Assembly (NCBI GenBank): GCA_040954595.2
Contig: CM082586.2
Coordinates: forward strand, 4,471,125-4,535,124
Direction: 5' to 3'
DNA: 64,000 nt
Source: Balanoglossus misakiensis
Taxonomy: Eukaryota; Animalia; Hemichordata
This document shows positions 25,836 through 38,050 of this stretch, piece after piece. Under the pieces are notes generated by a model. The model saw only the letters and a program-made list of their open reading frames with translations. It was not told where the DNA came from and searched no databases. Made by a program: the position numbers and the translations under genes. Within the stretch, counting starts at the first letter, position 1, and the number at the start of each line of letters is the position of its first letter.

Positions 25836-26189
25836 TTAAAGACTTGATATTTTTTGGTTCTGTGAAATTAAAAGCTCTGAATCGGATTTGCATTGCAGCT
25901 TGCACGGCTAGAATTCTCAATCGAGATCTCTGGCCAGAATGGGCGCTGAAAGATGTACAGAAAATTGGCAGACACAAGGAATAAACTTTTTTCAGCCAAA
26001 CATACATTTTTTTTTAGTTTACACAACAGAAAAAGTTAACACTACAAAAAGCATAAATAACTTGTGATAAAATGGCCTAAAATGCCACCGATTGAAATGT
26101 GACATAAAATTATCATCAAGGGTGCGTTGTATAGACACCACGGACAAAAACAAACATACTCAAGATGTATTGTTATCGTGGGATTTTTA

Positions 26190-26349
26190 CCCTTTCGCCA
26201 CAATGGTTTGGTCCAGATCCATTGTTTTCTATGGTAAGGTTGGACCTCTAAAGAGGGAACTGGGGGTGAAAGGGTTAAGACAGCAAACAGGACATCTGAA
26301 CCATATGAAACGATGGGTTTGGACTGAACCATTGCGGTGAAAGGGTTAA
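26190..26349. mobile_element. Family-A MITE (26190-26274) plus adjacent inverted half copy (~26305-26345)
   Basis: CCCTTTCGCCACAATGGTTTGGTCC...GGTGAAAGGG|TTAA, then GATGGGTTTGGACTGAACCATTGCGGTGAAAGGG|TTAA (reverse complement of the left half). Confidence 0.8.
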
Positions 26350-27184
26350 TATCTGTAAATTCCCTGAACCCTGAAATGCAGAAAACGCCCTCAATGAGGC
26401 AATGGTAATGCTTTTGTTTGTCAAGAATAGTTCAAATGTTCACTGGCGGCAAAATAAATTGCATTTTTTTATCCATATTCAAAAGTAAGTTTTATCTTAA
26501 TGCACTGGTCACATCATGAGTCTTGATGTTAAATAAAAGTAAATACAAAGTTATCCTTTTCAAGTCCGTTCGAAATATGTAAATACTGAATATACATGTA
26601 CTAAAAATACCTTCAGACAATGACTTGTTTGGTAAATTCTTACAGTACAAGCAAATCTCCAACTGGATCAGTGGGTATACTACGGTGAATGTACCACTCT
26701 CAATTGAATTCACATATCTGCTTGACTTGTTGTTCAGAGTTTTGAACGCAGTACACAAAAAGTAAATGCTTGCCAGATTCCATGGCTACTAAGTTTTAAA
26801 GTGAAATATGCAAAGGAATTGTCTTTCAAAAGTATGCTTTTTTTCTCCTCGTCTCAGAAGTTGATGTAAACATTGCTAAGTCCAGTCAGTATAATATGGA
26901 ATGACTGAACAGAACTCATTATCTCGTATAATCTCGTATATATATATAGATGTACTGGGTATATATCAATCACATTGAATTTGACCTGCATGGCTATGTG
27001 ATATTTTGTGATTATTATCATTCTCTTTCTTTATCACACCAAATGACATCAAGTAGAGTGTTATTCATTATACATTTCTAAGAAAAGGCAAAGCTGTCGC
27101 TCTACGCTGTAAGAAATTCTGCAATGCTCGCTGGGCAGCCTGCACTTGCTTAAGAACAGCGCCATCTATATGAAATGCCCCCTC

Positions 27185-27247
27185 TAGACAAAATGGCCGA
27201 CGGATTAGACAAAATGGCCGACGGAATAGACAAAATGGCCGACGGAA
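27185..27247. repeat. 21-bp tandem repeat x3
   Basis: (TAGACAAAATGGCCGACGGAW)x3. Confidence 0.9.
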
Positions 27248-28552
27248 TATAAAGCTCGAGAAATTGCCATGCATTCAAGTCTGTGGAAAACACACATCGT
27301 GAGTCAGAGGAGTGAATTTCTCCCTCTTGTAATTCTGGAGAAATCGTCACATTCTACATCAGACACTCAAACAATTACAACCGTCAGATCTTGTCGGCAA
27401 ATTTGAACAAGAACACAGCACAACCAAGAAATATAAATACAAATCGTCTTCTTGTTAAAGTTTTTTGATGTACATACCAACATCAACCCTGTTAAGTCTC
27501 AACCTCTCTTCTTTTAAAAGAGGTTTCTATAATGCATCTAGATTATTACTTATGTTACCACACCTCTTTAGTTATTCAGTTAAGGGGTGTTCATTTACAT
27601 ATTTATGACAACTGTACATGATGTGTTAACAGAATTTGACTATTCCTCACTTCATTTATGCTTCACTAAAGTTTTTAATGTACATCATTGAACACCATCA
27701 AAACACAAAAGTCGGTTTTATAACCTATCCAGTTAAATATAACCTCTACAGAACCAATTTTCTCATATAGTATAATCATTAATTCTGTTAACCTGCACCC
27801 TATCACTTTGGTAATAGATTATTTTGAATTTAGATATTCTCCATAAACATATCAGATTATACACACAATATTAACTTTTATTTATTTTTTATCTACTTCA
27901 CCATCCTCACATTTTTTTCTGAATGTAAATGACAAATAGTCAGCAAACTTCAATGTGAAGATTCAATTTTTTCTTGTAGCAGACATCACAATAAATTATA
28001 TTTTTTATTTTTATTTTTTTTTTGTAATTTTTAACAAGAGCCCTACATTCGGCATAGTAAGGTGAATTTAGAAAACAAGAAAAAGGACAAAGAATGGAAT
28101 GCAGAATTGATTTGGATCTAGCAATTGTTAAAAACAAATCTGGTAGTTAAATTTAGTCTACTATTTGTAAACACTATGTCGCCCTTCCCTAACATTGCCA
28201 CCCCCATTGCTCTATACATTGGTTCCACCACACTCTTGAATACTGTAGGGTTGTACCAATTGGGGTAATGAGAGGGGGTGATGGGATGGCTACATTTCAA
28301 GTGACAACTTGATGACACACCAAGTCATCAATTTTTAATTTTTGAATCACATTTTTTTCCTTTACTTCAGCTACAAGAATCAAATCTTCACAGTTACAGC
28401 ACAGACTTCAATGTAAAACAATTTTCAAAAGTGGTATGGCCATGCGATACCTTTCGAGGCCTAGCCTGTCATTGGCTGGCACAGTGATAAAGCAAAGCGT
28501 CGTAAACATTTAGTTGAACAGACTTCAGTGCACACAAGTAATGGTGATCCCT

Positions 28553-28827
28553 TCATAAACAAAGGATGTCATCGGACGGCATAGTCGTCGGTTCCCGGGG
28601 TACAAGACGCGATGGCGGTCGCACGACGACGCGATACTGCAGCTCGAAATCCATGGCCAGCTTCTTCCGCCATTTTCGGACTCGTTTCTCCTTTTTGTGA
28701 CGCTGGATTTTCTTGTGAAGCTTGTAGCTGCCGTAGATGGGCAGCGCTACAGTGCCTACGGCTATGAGCAGACCACCAGCTCCGACAGCCAATGTTGCAA
28801 CTACCGGGGCAGCCAGGATTTTTCCTC
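28553..28827 (-). CDS. RNF217: RNF217 alternative last exon (isoform B, ~502 aa)
   Basis: TTTTCAG acceptor with the same phase 1 as exon 3A. Encodes GGKILAAPVVATLAVGAGGLLIAVGTVALPIYGSYKLHKKIQRHKK..., homologous to exon 3A (GAHLLAAPVFLAQAAVGIALALAVGCVILPFYGGMKLRRKLRGKK...). Confidence 0.85.
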
Positions 28828-31800
28828 CTGAAAATATCAATAAACGACAAATTCAGCAAAGCCAAACACTGACACTAGCATATGTCAACTCATTTCATTT
28901 TAACACATTAGTTCAGTTCCAGGATGAGGAAGAGTCCATGAATTCAGTAGCATGACCGGCTGACTATTCTGAGTATAAACTCAAAATGGTGATCTCATAC
29001 CAACAAATAGCCAGGATGTAAAGGTCATATAGGGGTCATGAAAGTGGCCTATTGTATTAGGAGTATAGCCATCTACAAAGTCTAAGTTACAAGTAATCCT
29101 GTAGTCTCTCTCACTGGAATACAAATGGATGCCGGTTTTATCCCATCAGGAAGTCAACGGATTCAGAATATGTTTACACTGATGGTAACGACTAGGGAGG
29201 GAGCTTTGCTGTTAATCTTCCGACGTGACGTGAATTTTAGCGCATCAATGACCTCAAATGATACTGATTCCTGAATATTTGCAACACCTGAAACATCTCT
29301 TGCAATAATGTAATGCAAACACTTTCTCTTGTTCAGAAGGTTCCCATTGGCCGACAACACAATCCCCACGGCATACTGATTGTATCTCAGTTACAGGGCA
29401 GGTGAACTAATTAGCTCCATTTCTGGGTCAAAAGTCCGCCATTTCTGGATCGTGCTTCGGAGACCATAAGTAAAATGAAATGATTTTCACAATTGAAGAA
29501 TTTTGAAACGCGCTACAGGACTCAGGTGTGTTCGCTACACCGATATTTGTTTTGTAGAGATCTGGCATCTGATAAGTAAACCACGATGCGTCTCCCTGTC
29601 GGTGTTCAACCGGCAAAGTGCATTAACTGCTGGAAAACAAACACTTTTCACTACAATTTAATTACACTATTTGATGTTGGGCCATTTATTTCTGAATAAA
29701 AGCCCAGCATCTAGCGTGAATTTTCTTGGCTCTGCTCAGAATAAACATATTTTTGGTCTAGCCACAGAAAGACTTATGCTACAAATTTAAGAAATAAATT
29801 TTGACTGGTTAAACCAGTGATAAATTAGTACTATTACTGGGAAAAAAAGTTGTGATAAATTAATGTATAACCATATTTTCTGTCAGGTGAAAAATTTATG
29901 TTTATGAGAGTGAAACAGAATGAAAGAGTTCATTACACTAGTGAGAAATATGCTTCAGCCGAGGGAACAATCTGTCAGACGTGTGACAAGAATACCAACA
30001 TGAAACACTTGGGAGAAACCATCAAGACTGACAGAGTGCTTCACAGATTTTGATGAACTCTCAATTACCACGACTGAAAATGTTTGCTACATTCATAGTA
30101 CCAGAGGCGATAAAATGTAACATTGTTTACAAACAATTCTGCAAGTCAAACTGAAGATTAGAGGTGTTTGGAAACAATTCTGTCTGCGCCGTGAAATTAA
30201 GACGTACGATGCTGAGACACTAGCTGCCACCTTACACGCTGTACGCAGTCATTCACACATTCTCCTGGAGACAGAAATAAATAGCAATCTGGAGAGGGTT
30301 GTTGAAGATTTATGATTGACACTGGAGTACGTATGAGAAAGGATGGATGCACTCCACACAATCCATCAATTTTCAACTTCAGTGGGCATCCAGTTTCTTC
30401 AAATGCTGGAAACTGCCACATGACTGTAAAAAAAAACTGTTAAATGGAAAATTAATGATGTTAGAGGCGAGGCGGTCGTGTATAACATCGACATTGAGTA
30501 TTCAAGACGAGAGAGCCCTCATGACGGCAAAGATCTGTGCTCACAGTGGTGATCCCTGGGATACCCAGCCAGCTTAACAACCGCACCTCATTTGCATGTT
30601 CTTGACCAATGGGATCCCCGGCATTCGGTCACATGCAAGTCACATGACCAAACCAGGCACCACAAAAAGTTGCCCCTAAAATTGTCGCCGATGTGTAAAC
30701 AGATAAGGAGGAGCTTGCAGGTATTTTTATCGGGAGTTAGGTGGACTCTATTTCACATTTTGATTAAACTCATCATTGCCATCAAACGTTATTCACCAGG
30801 GGACAGTTACAACGTGAATTTGTCTTTGGAGATTTGCATATTTCCATAAAACAAGGGAAATAAAACACCGGCTTCTTTTTAGGTCAACTTTATTTCATTA
30901 TTTAAATTTGATACATCACGCTCCACTGACTCTGACCAAACAAACACGTACATACATAAGAGACAAAATATCCAGTAACCATAATCTGATTCAACCATAA
31001 GACGCAGCAATAACACCTTTTGTACAAACTCAAGAACCTCTGTATACTTAACACCATGAAGTTGATAGTAAGATAAAAATATACAATTTGCTAATTATGC
31101 GATACTTTGCCTTAAAAATACTAGTTTGCGTTACACAAAAATAATTTGCCAAGAAATGTAATCTAGCAATGGCACTGATATGCTCTTCATTCATTTTTGA
31201 ATGACTGAGAAATTGTCTTAAATTTGAAATTCAAGATGGCCGCCATCTCCATGTTATTTTTTGGCGTGAATGGATTAGTGCAAAACATACACTGACATCT
31301 TAAAAAGAGCAACACGATATGTCATTGTTCTATTATGATGTCAATTCTGAGAAATATCTGACCCTATATATACTTAATGCGGTGTCCCAAAACACATTTT
31401 CAGCAGGGATTATCTTCATGCTAAAGATATCCATTTTTTGTAGAAACAATTTCATGATGAAAATTCTCAGAAAAAACACACGCAAATAAATGAACTTTGA
31501 GGCAAGAATGGCTATCAGTGTCACATGGGAAATTAATAACAAGCAGCGATCCCCAATAAATTAATTTTGTCTTGTATTAATGATACATGGATATGAGCCC
31601 ATAGCATTGTATCTAGGTATTTTTATCAGCAAATATGATAAATCGTCATCCATTGAAAGCTTGTATGTAAGCCTTGTCACTGCCCTGTGACAGATAACCT
31701 TTGTAAATATAGCTTTCTGCCTGAAATGATATGCTTTGAAATCAACCAAAAAGTACCTTTCTTGTGAAAATACTCCACAATTAAGCATAATTAGTAAATT

Positions 31801-33230
31801 ACATCAACGAGATAAAGACATTATATTATAATTTGATGGTTAAAGCCTCAAGTATACCTGCAACGTTATGCTTTATTTAATGATTATTTTAACATTATAT
31901 TTAGATGTTAGATACAATTAACTTTTTATTTTCAGACGTTAACCTTTGACACGTCACAGATTTGAATCTTACATGTACCACTAAACCAAGAACGTCCAAT
32001 TTGCAATTTTATTTTACAAAACAGTTCTTTAATTTTGCTCGACCTAAAGACAGTCTGAGAGAGCAGACTACACTTAATGATGCAGAAGTGACTCCAATCT
32101 GTTGGCTCAGTGATTCATACTAAATCTGTTTGTTTCTGACAAAATCTACTCACACGGGAGGACGCATGCCTGGAATTCTAAATCAGAATCATTGCTAATC
32201 CCGCCAAACACCTGCGACAAATACACTGACCTCACATGACTTCTACAACAGTGTTTAAACATCCTTAATCCCATTTACCATTTTTTGTTTTTTATTTCTT
32301 ATCAGATCAATGTTTTAATTGTTTTAATTCAGATTAATGAATAGGTGTCACAGAAATTTTTTGCTACGATTTCATATTTTCGCTGAAAAATATAATCTGT
32401 GGAAAACTGCGCAGAACTAAAACTACTTAGTACTTCCAGTATTGATTAAGATCTTCACTTGGGAGTAGCGTATCCTGTCCCAAAACAGACACACTGAATT
32501 TGTTTAAATAGTTTATATTTCGAAAGTACTGTTTGACTTTCAGAAGTTGTTGATGGAGTTATCAGAAATATCATGAAACGTTTTAATGGCCTGTGTGAAT
32601 TATGTAACACGATGCGATATTATCATATATGGTTCAGGTTGCAGCTTTTATGACAATGCAAATGTTATGCAGGCTTAGTTTTTAGGGGCTCGGTTACAGT
32701 ATATGATTCAAATGCAGAAACGAGCTGTACAGCCAAAACATGGCACTTGCAGAAGTGACCTCAGAACTAATCAATCAATTTCACAAATAAGGTCGTCAAT
32801 ACTCATTACACGTGCAGTTAGCCCCTTGATTAATTTCAAAATCATGCCTGTAATTTATACACACACTGGTAATTACATACAACCCTGATAAATGAACATA
32901 GTTTTTTTTCCCCCAAATGCTAATCAGACACACGTCTAATTTACATGTTTAATCTATACCTATCGCTTTGAAATATCGCTTTCATCGTGTCAATGTTACC
33001 CCATTTTATAGCTAACTCAATTCTGACATGTGTGGTTCTGTTGAAGAGCTAATATCTCTCAAGACCAGGAAGTGAGCACAGATCTTTTGCCAACCCTCAC
33101 ACCCCTCATAAATGTACATTTGAAAATGTACCAATCCCTGACATGCAATGCAACAAAGTCTGGGTCAATCCAAATTTTGAGGGTGAGACCAGGAAGGTGG
33201 GTTGGGTGTTAATAAACGCACGCACGTTTC

Positions 33231-36200
33231 TTAGTTCTTTGGGGTCTTTTCACGTTTGCGCTTCTTGCCTCTCAGCTTTCTCCGCAGTTTCATTCCACCA
33301 TAAAACGGCAGAATGACGCAGCCCACGGCCAAAGCCAGCGCTATGCCGACAGCGGCCTGTGCAAGGAAGACCGGGGCAGCTAGCAAGTGGGCACCTATGA
33401 AAGACACGGGAAAAGTCAAAGTCAAAGAGGACAGGGTGTTAGTAATCATGTGAAAACAATGGATTAGGACCAAACCATTGTGGTGAAGGGGTTAAAATGA
33501 CTCACCTAAGACTGCTCCTCTGACCATGCGCCGTTGAACAGGATTGTCGGGCTTGAAGCGATATTTACATCCAAACACACTCAGTCGGGAGTAGTGATCA
33601 CCAATGAATTTCAAACTTCGAAACTGCTTCCCGCATCGGTAACAGAACTCGGTCTTGCAGCGAGAGCAGGTCATGTGATCGCACCCAGAACTTCTCTGAA
33701 TATAAACCTGTGGGTTCAAATATACATTTGGGGTAAATTAGTGTTTTTCAGTGTTTCATCTCTTCTCCAGGGAAAAACAAAATAAGTTTATATTGTCTTA
33801 TACGGATTCATCATCTCTGTTGCTAGGGGATGGTGGTGATGGTTGTTTGGACAATGTATATGCAACATTACATTTTCACGTAGGAGAACCAATTTAGACT
33901 CCTAATTTCCGCTGTGGTCTATTTGTGGACACAATTAAAGACTGCTACTATGCAAATTACTAATTAGATCTTAAATCGAGTAAACACTGTTTCGTAATAA
34001 ATATATGTGTACATAATTTTTGGCACCAGTAATGCACTGGAATTGTAAAGCCTGGATTCAGGTGTGCCTTGGCTCTTTGAGAGAACAGCATATGCCTGAA
34101 TTACTGTGGTTGCCGGGGCAACATGTGTCTTGCATCACCGGTTGCTATGGCAACACCGTCGCCATGACTTATGGCCTGGATTAGATGCATCTTCATTCTT
34201 TGTTAAGAGTTGCTAATATGCACAAGGTTGCTTCACTTATGGCAGTTCAACAACCTCACACAATCGAGAGAGTATGCACATATATCTGGAACAGCAGCAT
34301 TCATGGATGCATTTTATTCCACCAAATCTTTGCCTTGCCATTGTTACTTTTATTCAAACTCAATGCTGAAAACACAATTCTGTTCGGCAGGAAATCATTG
34401 GGCAGATGTCAACCACTGGGGCTTCTTGAATTCACGTCTTAAAAATACACAAATTATTTCCACAAATATCATTGTATTTTCTTGATTTTCATTCTCAAGC
34501 CTTGAGATGTGATTCCACACTGCTTCAAAAAGCTATATTTAAGTATTCATCTGACTTTTTCGAATGGCTGACATTGGCTATGATCAGTCACTTGCTATTC
34601 ACCCAGCATACGTATCTGCCAACTTCGATCGATATAAGAGTTATAATGTGTAAAGACATAAATGATTCATACACTCTGGCTAGACGAATCTCGCACTATG
34701 AATTGGCTTTTGATGGAATCGATACTTTTAAATTGCGGCAACATCCGATTTAAAATCCATCCCGATTGTATCGAAGAAACACAAGGTCCATTTGTAATTT
34801 GACATTTTCTGGACTTATCTCCGTGAAAAATTTATCATTCACGAAAATTTCCCGTTATACAGTAGTTTCTGAATAGTTATTTATTTAATTAGGTCATGGG
34901 GGTAGTCTAGGGTCATTGCTAGTTCAGCTTTTCCTGAACAAATGCAGGATTATAAATTATGCTGGTTACACTGGTTTCTGTAGATGTGAAATGCCAAAGT
35001 CATAATGCGGTAGTAATGAACCACATATGTCACAGGTAAATCTCCAGAATACTTTTCCAAGAAAATATTTGACTAGGGTTTATTTTCATAGCGGACAGTT
35101 TTTGATTGTATAACCTGACTGACCGATTTGGAAATCTAGATCGCGGCATCATCAATTACCACATATCAAATTATATTTGACACAATGTTTCATTGTGGGA
35201 CAGAAACTTAATATGCTTCAGTAGAGCAGTAATTATGACGCAGGAGTTGAACCCAAATTGTGAATAAATGACTCTTTAATGCTCCCGAGAATTCATTCCA
35301 CAGACGGAGTAAGCTAATGATATTGTATACGCATCCCTTTTGATGGTTTAGATGAAGTAATGAGGCTGCAACACACACTCAAATAGGAGTTTGGAGAGGC
35401 TGTATATGAAATCACTGATGTCGATGTCTGTAAATTTGAGTACCAGTAATCTGTTTGTGAAAAGTAGGCAGGTGGTACAACTGGAACCAACCAACAAGCA
35501 ACGCTGATTATATATGTTTGTTTTACTGTAGAAGATCACACAACAGAAGAACCGGATACATCTTTGTCTCATCTCTATACAACCAAATTATATAATTGTC
35601 TTTCTGAAGTGAAAACACAGACAAGGTAATTTGATTGGCAATGAAGACTTCCTGTTTTTCACAATGCTCCTGTTTTGAATTTGAATTTAGCTTTATCCGG
35701 TCTAAGAGTGGCAGCCTGAGGCATGATTCTGTACTTGCCATTGGTTGCAATGTACTTAAGAAACTGCAAGGCCAAGTGTGTGACTGGCTGATCTGTAGGA
35801 CCACTTCAGCTTAGTTAGATGTAAACAGGCAAGAAACCCCACAATTACATGTAATCCTGGGCTGGCTCTGTCAAGTCTGCTTTGGGACAATCACACCAAT
35901 GCACAGGAAGGAGCCTGCAAGCAGACAAGATTACTCCTGCCTACTTGTCAGTCCGGACACAACGTATATAACAAATATCACCGGCAATCAAACACTATCA
36001 GCTTATGATGATACCCATCTATACCATTGTCTCCGGACTTACACAATGACTATTGACCTTCCTTATGCAGCGAAGGTCAGGCGTGTCACTGTCACCTAGT
36101 ACTGAGATATGAACACACAATACATGTACTGTAAAACGGGAAATGCGAACTTAGCAAGAGCCCCTAAAAATGTGAAAATAAAAGGTGTAAAATGTTTTGG

Positions 36201-37582
36201 AGATAAAAATATAGTTAGTGAAATACGAGAACACAAAAATCAATCGTTGTGTAACAATTGCCTATTGTGAAAATTTCACGGTCTAGTATGTCACACGTCA
36301 CAACTGTAATGATCTCACGATTTGAGTTCCTCTCAACTATATAAGAGCAATGTTCACCTTTGACCTGTCTGCAGAGATGCAGAGGAGCTTTGAGAGGAGG
36401 AACAGTCACAAGTAATGTATATCAAAACTTCTTGGTAAAGTTATTCAAGGGACCATATATCAGTCCTGCGTGTGTGCAATTTCAGTAAACTGTTCAAGCC
36501 AGCTGAGCAAAACAATATTTGATGGATAGAAGAAACTACGCCCAACTTACCCGGCATTTGGGACAGCGCTGTGCATTGTTTTGACCATAGCTGCGTTCTT
36601 TAGCCCAAGCTCGCAGCAACTTGTCCCCTTTCTTGTATTCCCTGCAACTGATGCCTTCATGCCAGGGGGCGTGGCACGGAAAACACCACACCAGGAAACA
36701 CTCCGGACAGGAGACCTTGGACTCCTGCGGGTTCATCTTGGATTTGGCGAAGATCTCTTTATCGAGGGCAAACAGGTGACTGCATCGAGGGCAGGTCTTC
36801 GTGTGCGGTTCTTTGTTGGCCTCCAGGAGGAAACGGTGGAACCGATCCCGGTTGCTGCCGTCCAAATGAAAGACTATTTCGTCCCGGCTGACGAAGGCGT
36901 GACACTGGGGGTTGGGGCAGGGGACTTTGACGATCTTCTGGTTCACCTGGATGGCGAAATACTCCTGCAGGCAGCCGTCGCACACCGGCATCGTACAGCA
37001 AGTCCGCAAGTGGAGATCGGTTACAACGAGGCATATTTGGCACTCGGTCTCCGCCGGTTTGCCCATCTCAAAGAGGGGCAACTTCGGGGGATCGGGGTCT
37101 AACGAGGGACCGTGTATTACGGGCAGATCGTCCATTATTGGCCAAGGCCACAAATCTTCATAATTCTCAAAATGCAGATCTAAGACCGGTCTCTCGAAAA
37201 AATCATCTATGTCTGAAAATGTTTCATAATCCGATATGTCACTCTCTGAGTCAGAGCCCCGATTTTTCCGGCGAGGCACAAAATTAAGATATTTACGGAT
37301 ACCTGGCGAATTGGGAGCTCCGAGGGCATCAAGTCCATTATCACTGTCATCAAGTTGCGAGCCCGGTGAAGGTGTCTCCTCGGAGGAGGAAACAGGGATT
37401 TTCGAACTCGAGTTGTCCTCCCCTCGATCCCGATCGAACCAACCACCCAAGTCGTCATTCTCCCTTTCCGAAAATATGTCCACGTCTATTCTGAGGAGGA
37501 AACTTTCGATTTTCGACTCGCTATCCATCTCGCCGTTGTCACTTACCGATGGTACTGTCTCAGTGGTTTCTTCATTCGCCAT
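33231..37582 (-). CDS. RNF217: E3 ubiquitin ligase RNF217 (RBR: RING1-IBR-RING2 + C-terminal TM), isoform A, ~465 aa
   Basis: Exons 37582-36551, 33707-33506, 33394-33231 (1398 nt, in frame). RING1 CQIC..CC..VCDGC..CPNPQC; IBR CPRC..CPECFLVWCFPCHAPWHEGISC; RING2 CPKCRVYIQRSSGCDHMTCSRCKTEFCYRCG; RNF217-typical GDHYSRLSVFGCKYRF..RRMVRGAV. Confidence 0.92.
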
Positions 37583-38050
37583 TTTGGTTTAGTGCATGTA
37601 TGTTTCTGACTGGCAAACCGATTCTTTCTTGTCAATGTCAACTCGCCAGCGTGACTTCAACACTGGATTATGGACGTTCGGATCTAAGTACCATCGGTTG
37701 ACGATTCTTCTTATCCTTGTCGCGAACACAATCGTGCCCGCTTAGTGCTAATCATTAGATCTGATATAGACATGACGTCTCAGGAGCTCATGACAGGCAG
37801 GTCACCTTTGTTTTTATGCCATGCTAATTTTGCCCATGACGTCATAGTGCGCCCGCGTTACCACATAAGACCCTGTCTGATTGGACGATCGAAAAGGATC
37901 GCAGGGTTTCCCTTGCGCCCTCTATGAAAATGAATATTAGTACAAAATGTATTCGTTTTCCGTCGACGTCATTGCAGCTAGAAGAGGGGGAGGGGGGAGT
38001 CTGGATAGCCGAGGGAAACCACGATGTCTGAAGTGAGAAAAGCACCTTTA
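37583..38050 (-). promoter_or_regulatory. RNF217 5' UTR / CpG-rich promoter
   Basis: CpG-rich island with a full CRE (TGACGTCA, 37837-37844), CRE-like half-sites at ~37772 and ~37965, and a CCAAT box (GATTGG, ~37879). Confidence 0.55.

Noticed and set aside
28553-28840. Independent small membrane-protein gene or second RNF217 paralogue
   Set aside because: It begins at a phase-matched splice acceptor, has no own RBR exons and is homologous to RNF217 exon 3A.
36581-37592. Overlapping plus-strand ORFs (173, 118, 83 aa)
   Set aside because: Antisense to GC-rich RNF217 exon 1; no recognisable domains.
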